This document shows, in pieces, positions 9,906 to 20,716 of a DNA stretch of 64,000 nt. Positions within the stretch are counted from its first letter, which is position 1. Each line of letters starts with the position of its first letter. The position numbers and the translations under genes were made by a program. Below the pieces are notes generated by a model. The model saw only the letters and a program-made list of their open reading frames with translations, was not told where the DNA came from and did not search any database. Source of the DNA: Ranitomeya imitator (Eukaryota); the NCBI RefSeq assembly GCF_032444005.1, contig NC_091282.1:326554001-326618000 (forward strand). The letters are read 5' to 3'.

Positions 9906-12900
9906 ATGGCAACTAGATATCACCAAACCCGACAATACTTCCCTTGGTCCCCCGCTGAAGGAATGTCTCTTCTACATAATGCACCAGATCCTACCCAGTA
10001 CCCAGTTAGATTCGCACAGTATATACAGCAAATTATGCAGACTCATGCAGGAGTCTGGGCAGATGGAGAGGAATTATGTAGAATGAAAATGACTCCTGGT
10101 CTCTTCCAGGAACTGCTAACACATCTACAGGGACACAGGCCACAGGTGGGACAGGAGCTACAAGAGGGACAAGCGGGACAAGGTGCCTTACAAATGATAG
10201 AATCAGGAACACAATTTGTAGACCATTTAATAGTTTTCATGAGGCAGAAACAGAGGCAGAGAGGAACAACGGGAGTGGTGGCTCAGAGACCTGGACAATC
10301 GGTAGATGAATATTATCTAGGGGTAGAGAATAATTTTAGAGATGAAGGAATAGATCTAACCGCTCCAGGAATGATGAGGTTAATTACAAAAACCTTTATA
10401 GATGGATTGTCTCCAAAAGTAAAGGAAAAACTTAAGGCTGCAACTCCTGATTGGAGAACCTTGGAAGACCCACACTTGGCCAGGCAAAAAGCCGTAGGGA
10501 TAGAGTTGGATTTAAGAGAAAATCATAAGCCTGTCAGAATAGCGCAAGCAAACACAACAGGTGGAAGGGCAAGACATAATTTTCCCTGTCATTACTGCAA
10601 GAAACCAGGACATTTCCAGAGAGAATGTAGAAAGAAGCAGGCAGACATAAAATCAGGAAAATTTGTACCAAAGAATAAGCCCTCAGACATCCAACAGACA
10701 TCCATAGTGGATGGTCCCATACCAGACTCAGATTGGCTCAATGTGTTACAAACTTCCCTACCAGCTAGAAGACCTATAATACAGGTGAATGTGGGGGGAA
10801 GAGAGATTCCATTTTTAATAGATACAGGTGCAACTTCCTCAATTTTGAATCAAGATTTTCTTCCAAACCCGGAAGATATTTCACAACAAACAACTTTTGC
10901 TGAGGGTTATGATGGGGTAATTCGAACACTACCATATACTGTGCCCCTAGAGGTCTCATTAGGACCTAAATGTTTTGCATCCAGATTTTTGTATGCCAGA
11001 GGTGCCCCAACATGTTTGTTGGGAACTGATGTCTTGAAGAAATTAGAAGCTAACATCAATTTTAGGGAAGATGGCACAGTCATGCTGACTATCCCTGATG
11101 ATGCAGAAACATTAGAACAATATGTCAGAATTCAGGCTTTTGAGGATTATACTGAAGAAAAAGAGTACACCACAGATCTAGACCTCTCAACGGTCCCAGA
11201 AACACTGTGGGCACAGGGTGACACTGATGTGGGATTATTGCATATCTCTCCTGTAAAACTATCTGTGCAACCAGGAACTGTTCTCCCACAGCTCAGACAA
11301 TACCCTGTGAGTGCCCAGCAGGAACTAGCGATTACAAAACAGATAGAGGGATATAGAGAGAAAGGGGTTTTGGTAGAGATACAATCACCTGCTAACACTC
11401 CTCTGTATCCAGTCAAGAAGAGAACTCTTGATAAAGGTTCTATGCCCAAATATCGTATGGTACATGATCTAAGAGAAATAAACAAAGTTCTAGATCCAAT
11501 CACCCCAGTAGTACCCAATCCTCATACGTTACTATCACAGATACCAGCCAGTTCTCAAGTGTTTACTGTAATAGATCTTTCAAATGCATTTTTCTCGGTT
11601 CCTTTACACCAAGACAGTTGGCATTTGTTTGCATTTACATTTAAGGGCAAACAGTTGGCGTGGACACGCCTTCCACAGGGAATGATACACTCCCCTACTC
11701 TTTATTCAAATGCCCTACAAACAGTCCTTCAGAGGTTTGAACCCGAACCACAGGTAGTAATTTTGCAGTATGTGGATGACCTACTACTTTGCTGCCCAGA
11801 TCTAGAAACTGCAGAAAGGTCCACTGTGAGTTTACTATGTTTCCTAGAAAAAGAAGGGTGTAAAGTGAATAGACAAAAGCTACAAGTTTGTCAGACCAAA
11901 GTGGTCTTTCTAGGTCATTGCATTTCTCAAGGTAAAAAGCATCTTACACCTCAAAGAACTGAAGCAATAAGACAGATGAATGAGCCTAGAAATCATAAAC
12001 AGCTACGAGCATTTTTAGGAATAGTGTCTCATTGTAGACAATGGATTATACATGCCAGTCAACTAATGCAACCACTGTATGACTGTGTAAAAAGTGAACC
12101 TTACATGTTGACAAAAGAAGGTCAGATTTCGTTCCAACAATTAAAAGATGCCCTTGTTTCAGCTCCAGCGTTAGGGCTACCAGACTACACCAAACCATTT
12201 CAGCTTATGGCTGCAGAAGTTGATTCCCATGCTACAGGAGTTCTTACCCAGAAGCATGCAGGGAAACAAAGACCAATTGCATATCTTTCAGCAAGGTTAG
12301 ATCCCGTAGCTAGAGCAGCGCCAACCTGTGTACGTGTAGTTGTTGCTGTCTCACTATTGTTGGACAAAGCATCAGAAATTGTCCTAGAGCATCCACTCAC
12401 AGTTCAAACTACACATGATGTTTATGGGATATTAAACCAGGTCCAACCAAAACACATTTCCATGGCCAGACATTTGCGGCTGCAGTGTTCTTTGCTGCTC
12501 CCCTCTACTATCACATTTGCAAGGCTTCAGACTCTCAATTTAGCTACACTGCTACCTCTCGAGTCTAAAGGGGGGAATAAGGACACTGATCCACACGCAA
12601 ATTTTTTCCCTACAGATACACATGATTGTACAGAGCTCATTTTACAAGAAACGGTAGGCTTACCCAATGTATCCGAAACACCACTTCAAAATCCAGATTT
12701 AGAGCTGTTTATAGATGGTAGTAGGTTTGCAGATGACACAGGTAACTTCCATACAGGGTATGCAGTTGTGTCAGAATCTGAAACTCTCAAAGCAGAACCG
12801 CTTCCACCGAAACAATCTGCACAAGAAGCAGAACTAACAGCATTGATTGAAGCTCTAAAAATAGCTGAGAATCAGACAGCTAATATATACACTGATTCTA

Positions 12901-14282
12901 GGTATGCACATGGTATTGTGTTTGATTTTGGAGTAATCTGGAGAGCTAGAGGTTACATGACAGCGTCAGGACAACCTGTAAAACATGCTTCTCTGATCAA
13001 ACAGATCTTAGAGGCTGCACAAGAAACAAAAGAAGTAGCAGTAATCAAGGTAGCTGCACATGTGAGACTCGACACTAGGGAATCTAGGGGAAATGATAGG
13101 GCTGATAAAGCAGCCAAAGCAGCAGCAGTCAAACCCTTACAACAGGTCCATACTGTAAACCTCACAGAAAATACTGAAGATAGACTGAGACAAGCACAGG
13201 AAGATGCAGGAGAAGAGGAGAGGGACAGGTGGAAAAAGGAAGGGGCAGAAGAACAAGAGGGAATTTGGAAGAAAAATGGACTAATATGTCTACCTAGAGC
13301 CTGGTACCCGATAGTAGTTGGTGGATTACATCACCCTACGCATGTGTCTGCAAATGCAATGACACTACTGGCAAAGCAAGTCTGGTTGGCTCCAGGTTTT
13401 GGCAACTACGCAAGAGACTATTTTGCTGCATGCGCTATATGCCTGACACATAATCCCGGACAGACAGCAAAGACCCCTATGAAGCACCACGTCCGACCTC
13501 TCTACCCGTTTCAACGGTTGCAGATAGACTTTATCCAGCTGCCAAAGAGTAATGGGTATGAGTATGTGTTGGTGTGTGTGGACATGTTCTCGGGGTGGCC
13601 AGAGGCCTATCCAGTTCGGAAGGCTTCAGCTAAAAACACTGCTGTAAAGCTAGTTACCGAACTGGTGCCCCGTTATGGTCTCCCTGAAGTGATCGAGTCA
13701 GATAGGGGTACTCATTTCACTGGAGAAATATTTCAAAATGTACTAAAAATGTTGGGTGTTGAAAGTCAGTTACACACTCCGTATCATCCTCAAAGTTCTG
13801 GTAAGGTAGAACGCATGAATGGAACTTTAAAATTAAAAATACAGAAAGCCATGGCTGAAACAGGAAAGCCTTGGACAGAATGCCTTCCACTGGCCCTTTA
13901 CTCAATACGCAATACCCCAAGGGGTAAGACTAAACTGTCTCCATATGAAATTTTGTTTGGCAGGACTGCCAATTTAGGATGTTATTTTCCACAGCAACTT
14001 GTGTTAAATATTGAATCACTGACTTCCTATGTGCAAAATCTTCAGAAACAATTAACTAAGGTGCATGCACAAGTTTTTGCTTCCCTTCCAGATCCTGACA
14101 ACACTGAAGGAAGTCACAAGTTGGAACCAGGTGATCAAGTCTATGTAAAAAGACACACCAGAAAGGCTCTTGAACCAAGATTTGACGGACCCTTCCAAGT
14201 CCTGTTGACAACACCTACATCAGTCAAGCTTGAAGGAAAGGCATCATGGATACATGCAAGCCATTGCAAAAAAGCAGTATAA
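9906..14282 (+). CDS. pol: ERV Gag(CA-NC)-Pro-Pol open reading frame
   Basis: 1458 codons with no stop: CHYCKKPGHFQREC knuckle, LIDTGAT protease, LPQGMIHSP and YVDD RT, DGS/SAQEAEL/YTDSRYA RNase H, HHPTH..CAIC and D-D-E integrase, GPFQVLL..WIHASHCK tail. Confidence 0.95.
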   Translation: MATRYHQTRQYFPWSPAEGMSLLHNAPDPTQYPVRFAQYIQQIMQTHAGVWADGEELCRMKMTPGLFQELLTHLQGHRPQVGQELQEGQAGQGALQMIESGTQFVDHLIVFMRQKQRQRGTTGVVAQRPGQSVDEYYLGVENNFRDEGIDLTAPGMMRLITKTFIDGLSPKVKEKLKAATPDWRTLEDPHLARQKAVGIELDLRENHKPVRIAQANTTGGRARHNFPCHYCKKPGHFQRECRKKQADIKSGKFVPKNKPSDIQQTSIVDGPIPDSDWLNVLQTSLPARRPIIQVNVGGREIPFLIDTGATSSILNQDFLPNPEDISQQTTFAEGYDGVIRTLPYTVPLEVSLGPKCFASRFLYARGAPTCLLGTDVLKKLEANINFREDGTVMLTIPDDAETLEQYVRIQAFEDYTEEKEYTTDLDLSTVPETLWAQGDTDVGLLHISPVKLSVQPGTVLPQLRQYPVSAQQELAITKQIEGYREKGVLVEIQSPANTPLYPVKKRTLDKGSMPKYRMVHDLREINKVLDPITPVVPNPHTLLSQIPASSQVFTVIDLSNAFFSVPLHQDSWHLFAFTFKGKQLAWTRLPQGMIHSPTLYSNALQTVLQRFEPEPQVVILQYVDDLLLCCPDLETAERSTVSLLCFLEKEGCKVNRQKLQVCQTKVVFLGHCISQGKKHLTPQRTEAIRQMNEPRNHKQLRAFLGIVSHCRQWIIHASQLMQPLYDCVKSEPYMLTKEGQISFQQLKDALVSAPALGLPDYTKPFQLMAAEVDSHATGVLTQKHAGKQRPIAYLSARLDPVARAAPTCVRVVVAVSLLLDKASEIVLEHPLTVQTTHDVYGILNQVQPKHISMARHLRLQCSLLLPSTITFARLQTLNLATLLPLESKGGNKDTDPHANFFPTDTHDCTELILQETVGLPNVSETPLQNPDLELFIDGSRFADDTGNFHTGYAVVSESETLKAEPLPPKQSAQEAELTALIEALKIAENQTANIYTDSRYAHGIVFDFGVIWRARGYMTASGQPVKHASLIKQILEAAQETKEVAVIKVAAHVRLDTRESRGNDRADKAAKAAAVKPLQQVHTVNLTENTEDRLRQAQEDAGEEERDRWKKEGAEEQEGIWKKNGLICLPRAWYPIVVGGLHHPTHVSANAMTLLAKQVWLAPGFGNYARDYFAACAICLTHNPGQTAKTPMKHHVRPLYPFQRLQIDFIQLPKSNGYEYVLVCVDMFSGWPEAYPVRKASAKNTAVKLVTELVPRYGLPEVIESDRGTHFTGEIFQNVLKMLGVESQLHTPYHPQSSGKVERMNGTLKLKIQKAMAETGKPWTECLPLALYSIRNTPRGKTKLSPYEILFGRTANLGCYFPQQLVLNIESLTSYVQNLQKQLTKVHAQVFASLPDPDNTEGSHKLEPGDQVYVKRHTRKALEPRFDGPFQVLLTTPTSVKLEGKASWIHASHCKKAV

Positions 14283-15808
14283 AACTCATGATATTGATGT
14301 TAATAATGTTAACCACAACGAAGGCATGGGAAAGACTAAATTCTTTAGCCCCTTTGAACAATAGATTCGTACAACATCATAGAAAATTAGTGAACGACTT
14401 GTTAAACAATACACAAACCCTGACAGATTGTTGGATCTGTACCCATTCGCCGGTATCAGCCACAAGTATACCTTTTCTAGCAGTTCCCGTATTAGCAGAA
14501 GAAATATTCGCTTGGCCTAATTGTTCAGACAACCTGGCCAACAACCAAACTGGTAATACTAGGCTATGGAATACTACAATCGCCATACCAATTGTGGGAT
14601 GGGTAGAATTTCCTTGGTGGCAGGGTAATCTCTCAGGGAGTAGTACACATCTACAATATTTGGCCTATAAGGGTGGAGCCTGGGTCCCTAGGAATAAGAC
14701 TGGATTAACTAATTTAGGACAGGTCCCCACAGAAAATCTACAGCTCAGTTTCAGTACAACCGCCCCTCCCTCTGATGCTTTCAAACCTGTAGTATTGGAA
14801 AGATACATACATAATAGAAAATGGGAACATTCTGAGTTGTTCCCCCAAGGTGATGATAACAGTTGTACAAGTAAGCCGGGGAACCTGGTTTGTAATGAAT
14901 CTGATGAGTATGTCAACGGAATGCATGTATGTGGTAATCCCGCAGCCGGGTACTGTAGCCCCTTGGGACAAAAACCCTCTTGGTGTATGCTTCAAAATGT
15001 ATCTAGTTTTGTGGATTTGGCTCACAGATTGGTATTGCAGCACTCAGCTCTATGGGATCTGCCTGAAGGTACATTTTGGATATGCGGAGAAGGAGCATAT
15101 AAATGGCTTCCCGTAGGTATAAAGGGTACTTGTACATTAGGATGCCTAACCCCAGCTACTTTCATAATTTCAAATAAACAAGTGAATATGCAAGCCGTGC
15201 CCAAGCACACACTGTATAAAAGAGCTGCAGATAACTCACCACGTCCCTCGGGGAGGCCGCATATAGTACAAATGGGAATTCCCAACAAAATTGCTAGTAC
15301 CATTTTTATTTATCCTATGTTAACACAAATGTGGGATAAATTAGTTAGAGCCACGGATTATCTAGATGATCAGATCTGGGATATATTAGATATACTAAAC
15401 ACTAGTGTAGCTGTACAGAATCAGCTTATAATAGTCGTCAACCAACATACCCTGGTATTGGATTACCTAACTGCCTCACAAGGGGGTATGTGTCAAATCA
15501 TTGGACCCACCTGCTGTCATTATATAGACCCGAATAGTACTATGAGTATGACATTCAAATTAAAGGACGTACAACGACTCAGAGATCAGTATGACAAAGA
15601 CAATGACCAGAATAAGGATAGCTGGTGGTCAGATACCTTTTCTTTTCTTAACCCAGCCAACTGGTTCAGAGGGATCGGTGGGTGGGTTGCCGGGATTATG
15701 CAGAGCATAATACATATAGTTATGATTATTGTAATCATATATGTGTTATTCAAGATTGTACTCAAGGGTATCTCAGTATGCACAAATAAATTTTGTGTAA
15801 GAGTATAA
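14246..15808 (+). CDS. env: ERV envelope glycoprotein, gamma-type, intact
   Basis: 520 aa; signal peptide, CWIC (CXXC), LYKR| cleavage site, ISD-like NQHTLVLDYL, CQIIGPTCC (CX6CC), C-terminal TM segment; candidate splice acceptor ttttgcttcccttccag| at 14091. Confidence 0.95.
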   Translation: MDTCKPLQKSSIKLMILMLIMLTTTKAWERLNSLAPLNNRFVQHHRKLVNDLLNNTQTLTDCWICTHSPVSATSIPFLAVPVLAEEIFAWPNCSDNLANNQTGNTRLWNTTIAIPIVGWVEFPWWQGNLSGSSTHLQYLAYKGGAWVPRNKTGLTNLGQVPTENLQLSFSTTAPPSDAFKPVVLERYIHNRKWEHSELFPQGDDNSCTSKPGNLVCNESDEYVNGMHVCGNPAAGYCSPLGQKPSWCMLQNVSSFVDLAHRLVLQHSALWDLPEGTFWICGEGAYKWLPVGIKGTCTLGCLTPATFIISNKQVNMQAVPKHTLYKRAADNSPRPSGRPHIVQMGIPNKIASTIFIYPMLTQMWDKLVRATDYLDDQIWDILDILNTSVAVQNQLIIVVNQHTLVLDYLTASQGGMCQIIGPTCCHYIDPNSTMSMTFKLKDVQRLRDQYDKDNDQNKDSWWSDTFSFLNPANWFRGIGGWVAGIMQSIIHIVMIIVIIYVLFKIVLKGISVCTNKFCVRV

Positions 15809-15909
15809 AGTTTATTATTGCCGTACTAATTTTCTTTTATATTTTAGTATACTGCCGCATAAAGAAGAAAATGCACAAGCTTCATGCAAAAATTTATGAC
15901 AAATTATAA
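15778..15909 (+). pseudogene. Small transmembrane ORF overlapping the env 3' end, with one early stop
   Basis: MHK*ILCKSIKFIIAVLIFFYILVYCRIKKKMHKLHAKIYDKL* in the -1 frame relative to env. Confidence 0.4.
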
Positions 15910-15920
15910 AAGAATATGTC

Positions 15921-15931
15921 AAAGGGGGGAA
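15921..15931 (+). promoter_or_regulatory. Polypurine tract of the ERV
   Basis: AAAGGGGGGAA immediately before the LTR start TGTGGAG. Confidence 0.9.
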
Positions 15932-15932
15932 T

Positions 15933-16307
15933 TGTGGAGACCAGACTGAACCAAAGGATCCATTTTGTCTCCCAGATGAAATCTGCTTCTGCACAGCAAA
16001 CTTGACATTTCCTTTTATAGAAGTAATCACGCGCGCATTTCTCCTTGATATTGTAGCCTTTCACCCACATACCAGATATTGTAACTTTTCACTAGTATAG
16101 ATTTGCTTTGTAAGTGATTATGAAATATGAGCGCTTGTGCGCATGTCTGTAAATGCCTAACTTCTTACTATATAAAGAAGGGGCAGCGCCCAGTGAGGCA
16201 GGCGTGCTCCGGGGCTACCCCTGTTTATGAACACACAACCTTTGTGCTGCGTGTCATTTACTTGGATTCCTCAATCCAGGAAGCCAGGGACGGAAGAGGA
16301 CTCAACA
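15933..16307 (+). mobile_element. ERV 3' LTR (375 bp)
   Basis: TG...CA ends, TATATAAA at 16169-16176, host microsatellite resumes at 16308. Confidence 0.85.
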
Positions 16308-18113
16308 ATAGTATATATCTGTCATCTCCTCCTGTATATAGTATATACATGTATCATCTTCTATATATCGCATATACCTGTATGTCATCTCCTCCTGTAT
16401 ATAGTACATACTTGTAGGTCATCTGCTCCTGTATATAGTATATACCTGTCATCTCCTGTATATAGTTTATACCTGTATGTCATCTCCTCCTGTATATAGT
16501 ATGTACCTGTATGTCATCTCCTCCTGTATATAGTATGTACCTGTATGTCATCTCCTCCTCTATATAGTATATACCCGTGTCATCTCTCCTGTATATAGTA
16601 TATACCTGTGTGTCATCTCCTCCTGTATTAGACCTCGTTCACACGTTATTTGCTCAGTATTTTTACCTCAGTATTTGTAAGCTAAATTGGCAGCCTGATA
16701 AATCCCCAGCCAACAGGAAGCCCTCCCCCTGGCAGTACATATTAGCTCACACATACACATAATAGACAGGTCATGTGACTGACAGCTGCCGTATTTCCTA
16801 TATGGTACATTTGTTGCTCTTGTAGTTTGTCTGCTTATTAATCAGATTTTTATTTTTGAAGGATAATACCAGACTTTTGTGTGTTTTAGGGCGAGTTTTG
16901 TTTGTCAAGTTGTGTGTGTTGAGTTGCGTGTGGCGACATGCATGTAGCGACTTTTGTGAGATGAGTTTTGTGTGGCAACATGCGTGTAGCAACTTTTTGT
17001 GTGTCGAGTTGCATGTGACAGGTTAGTGTAGCAAGTTGTGTGCAGCAAGTTTTGCACATGGCGAGTTTTGCGCATGGCGAGTTTTATGTGTGGTGCCTTT
17101 TGAGTATGTGCAAGTTTTGTGTGAGGCAACTTTTGCATGTGTTGCAACTTTTGTGCATGTGGCAATTTTTCCGCGTGTGCAAGATTTGCGTGTGGCGAGT
17201 TTTCCATGAGGTGAGTTTTGCACTTGTGGCGAGTTTTGCGTGAGCCCAGTTTTTGCATGTGGCGAGTTTTGCGCGTGGCGAGTTTTGAGTGGCGACTTTT
17301 GTGTTTCGACTTTTATGTGGCAAGGTTGGTGTATGTGTGGTGAAATGTGTGCTGAGGGTGATATATGTGTTCAAGCACGTGGTAGTGTGTGGCCCATTTT
17401 GTGTGTGTGTTCATATCCCCGTGTGTGGTGAGTATCCCAGGTCGGGGCCCTACCTTAGCAACTGTACGGTATATACTCTTTGGCGCCATCGCTCTTGTTC
17501 ACATCTGGCAGCTGTCAATTTGCCTCCAACACTTTTCCTTTCACTTTTCCCCATTATGTAGATAGGGGCAAAATTGGTGAATTGGAAAGCGCGGGGTTAA
17601 AATCTCACTTCACAACATAGCCTATGACGCTCTCGGAGTCCAGACGTGTAACTGTGCAAAATTTTGTGGCTGTAGCTGCGACGCCTCCAACACTTTTCCT
17701 TTCACTTTTTCCCCATTATGTAGATAGGGGCAAAATTGTTTGGTGAATTGGAACACGCGGGGTTAAAATTTCGCCTCACAACATAGCCTATGATGCTCTC
17801 GGGGTCCAGACGTGTGACTGTGCAAAATTTTGTGGCTGTAGCTGCGACGGTGCAGATGCCAATCCCGGACATACATACATACACACACACATTCAGCTTT
17901 ATATATTAGATTTAGTGAATGTGAATTAATACTATTAATTGTCCAATGAGTTATAGCATCGGTCACTATAGATTATATTGCAGTGAATGGTATTTAATAG
18001 GAAAAAATGTAGTATTGGGTGAGGAATATAATGGGTGGCATATAAAGTATATTTATTTCTAAAGACCATGTATCCCTTTGAAATTTACTGATTTTCAAGA
18101 TGTTGGCATGTTA

Positions 18114-18512
18114 GGCTAGTTTCACACTAGCGTTCGGCAGGGCTGCGGACTTCCTCAGTGAAGCCCTGCCCACTGCTGCGCCTCTTCATTCAGCTCCGCC
18201 TACGGCTGCATGCGTCCTACATACCCTATCTTTAACATTGGGTACGCAGGCCATGCGGATGCCTCTGCATGCGTCGTCTTGACGGTGCGGTGACCGCACC
18301 AAATTGCAACTTGCTGTGTTCGGCGCAGGTCACCTCACCGTCAAAATGACCCATGCGGAGGTATCAGCATACATTGGAATGGCCTGCGTACCTAATGGTA
18401 AAGATAGGGTACGCATGCCGACATAGGCAGAGCTGACCGGAGGGGGCGCAGCGGTGGGCAGAGCTTCATGGAGGATGTACGCAGCCCTCCATCCGCAAAT
18501 GTGAAACCAGCC
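18114..18512. mobile_element. PIF/Harbinger-type MITE
   Basis: TTA TSD; TIR GGCTAGTTTCACA / TGTGAAACCAGCC. Confidence 0.8.
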
Positions 18513-18549
18513 TTACGCAACAACTCTGATAATTGTATAATATAGGATC

Positions 18550-19784
18550 TGTGATGCAGTGACCCCTGTGACAGCTAGGGGGCGCTGTGAGTGCTCTTTG
18601 GGATGTGCATGGAGGCATATCTATTGTGATAATCGTGGGGAAACAGTGACTGGCTGTGTTGTGAATGGCCGATATGTGTCGCAGAGGGAGTCTGCGTAGT
18701 AAGTCTGATGCAATGTTGTTGTTCTGGGACCTGTAGTCCCTCAAGTGTGTATATGTATGGTGTAGTGGTAAGGGAGATTTACTAGGCTAGTTGTGTGAGA
18801 TAGGCGGGACAAACTAGCCACACATCCACACTCCCATCCAGGGTAGTTGTTAAGGGTATATAATGTGACCAGGGTGTGGGTCACATGGTTCCAGTGGAAG
18901 GTCCTGGAGAGCCTGTGTGTTGGGAGGTCCTGGGAGTAGGACCGGATCCCTGAATAGCACACTGAACCACCTGTGTTGAATTTCCTGGGAGTAGGAGTTC
19001 TGAATAGCACATGGTGGGGCTTTGGACCTGGTAAGCCTGGTGTGTTGGATTTTCCTGGGAGTAGGAGTCCTGAATAGCACACTGAACAACCTGTGTGGAA
19101 TTTCCTGGGAGTAGGAGTTCTGAATAGCACATGGTGGGGCTTTGGACTTGCGGGTGGCCTGGGGTGTTGGACGAGGTCCTGAATAGCACTTGGACAGGTC
19201 ACATGTGCGGTTCATGTGGGGAAGCTACCGTCCTTCGGTGGGTCTGGACTGACTAAGATATGCCGCCCAGGCAAGTTGGAGATCCCTGTAAGGCAGCTTT
19301 CCCAAAGGAGTGGACTGACAAGGAGTCAGCAGGTGGAGCAGGAGCTCCCGTCAGGTACCTTACAGACTGTTGGTGCTTGTGATGTTCCATGAACTGTGTG
19401 GTCTCCCACGGTGACTGAACAGAGTGAGGTTCGGCGTGTTTAGAGACCGCGACCCAGTGTCATATGCGCTGTATGTGACTTGGGACATTGGTGGAGTGTA
19501 CGGCGTACGGACACCCATGGGAACTGGACGAAGTGAGAGGTCCAGCATGTTTAGTGTCCATGAGTCAAAGCCGTAAATGAAGTGTTAAGACAAAGCTGCA
19601 AGTTAATATCACCAGTTGGTGCCTATTATGTTCTATGGAATGTATAATGTGAACTGTGCACAACCCGGTTTATGACCCTTTAATAAACCGTATGGCCTGT
19701 TTTGTGTTCAAAAATTGTGCCTGACTACGTCAATCCCGTGCCAAGCGAGTGTCCCCCAATACACTTAGTGAGAGCAATCTTACA
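18550..19784 (+). mobile_element. Solo LTR (1235 bp)
   Basis: TGTGATG...TCTTACA with a perfect GATC TSD (18546-18549, 19785-19788); internal tandem duplication near 18935-19170; AATAAA near 19682. Confidence 0.85.
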
Positions 19785-20716
19785 GATCAAACAACCTAAT
19801 TATTTTGCATTATTTTAGCTGGCTGTGGTTACACTGTAGTTGCTATACCAAAGGTCTTTCAAACTATCAAACTACTTCTGGACTGCCCATAGGCTTAAAA
19901 CATCCGTGCAGTCCACATTTGTCCCTGCGCTGACATTTTAAAATGTCAAAGCAGTCTAATCAGCTTTCGCAAGATTGTGAAGCTATGGTAGATGGAAGCA
20001 GACATCACACATTACCATGTCTACATTCTGGATCTCTGTCTACACAGCACTCTGTATACAGATTAGGAAGCACTGACAGTGCTTCCTCCTCCAAACCCTG
20101 TAATCACATGATAACTGGGTACAGGGAGGGAACAGGAATATCTAGGTCCTAGGAAACCCTGCAGGCTGAAATTCCACTGTAGCTGGAGATAATATACCAG
20201 TCCTAGTTACAAGAGAAATCAGCACAAAAAGGAATGAATTGATGTGTTAAAATGCCTCTTACAGGGAGGCAATGTATAAAATAAATGAAATAATAAATAA
20301 CAATTGCAAGAATGAAATCGAAAAAAGGCAGAAGAAAAAAAAACATTGCCTGTCTAACTCAATATTTCTAGCCCTGACTCCCTTTGAAAAAATATGTCCA
20401 ATATATAAAATGTATTTCTATAGGGGAATGCTATTTTAAATGTTTTAGGTGTCCTTTTTGGTCCTAAATAAAAACTAAAAAAGTGAAAACTAAACACATA
20501 TTTCCTATTTTCTCTACATTTTCCCCAGATATCAGCAAAAAAAATTTACAGAACCTTTTTTCCTCCTCCTTTCCAAGAGCCATAACTTTATTTTTCCAGT
20601 CATATGAGGGCTTGTTTTTTGCTGGACAAGCTGTACTTTTTAATCACACCATTCATTCTGAACAGTGTACTGGAAAATGGGAAGAAATTCCAAGTGAAGT
20701 GAAATTGCAATAAGAG

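Larger units (their letters stand above)
8631..16307 (+). mobile_element. Class I (gamma/epsilon-like) endogenous retrovirus, 5' LTR and PBS missing
   Basis: Order is leader with splice donor (ccag|gtaaga, 8727/8728), gag, pro, pol, env, PPT, LTR; RT motifs LPQG and YVDD; IN HHCC and GPF motifs. Confidence 0.95.
8219..17911. mobile_element. Helentron/DINE-1-like non-autonomous element that hosts the ERV
   Basis: Starts actagctgaagagcccggcgttgcctggg and ends ...ttcagctttatatattagat; internal tatacctgtatgtcatctcc microsatellite flanks the ERV on both sides; about 190-bp internal duplication near 17500-17850. Confidence 0.55.

Noticed and set aside
9757-10086. 109-aa ORF as a stand-alone zinc-finger gene
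   Set aside because: It starts at GTG and is in frame with MA upstream; better explained as the middle of a disrupted gag
16798-17431. His/Lys/Thr-rich ORFs on the minus strand
   Set aside because: Short-period gcgagttttgc repeats inside the Helentron-like element
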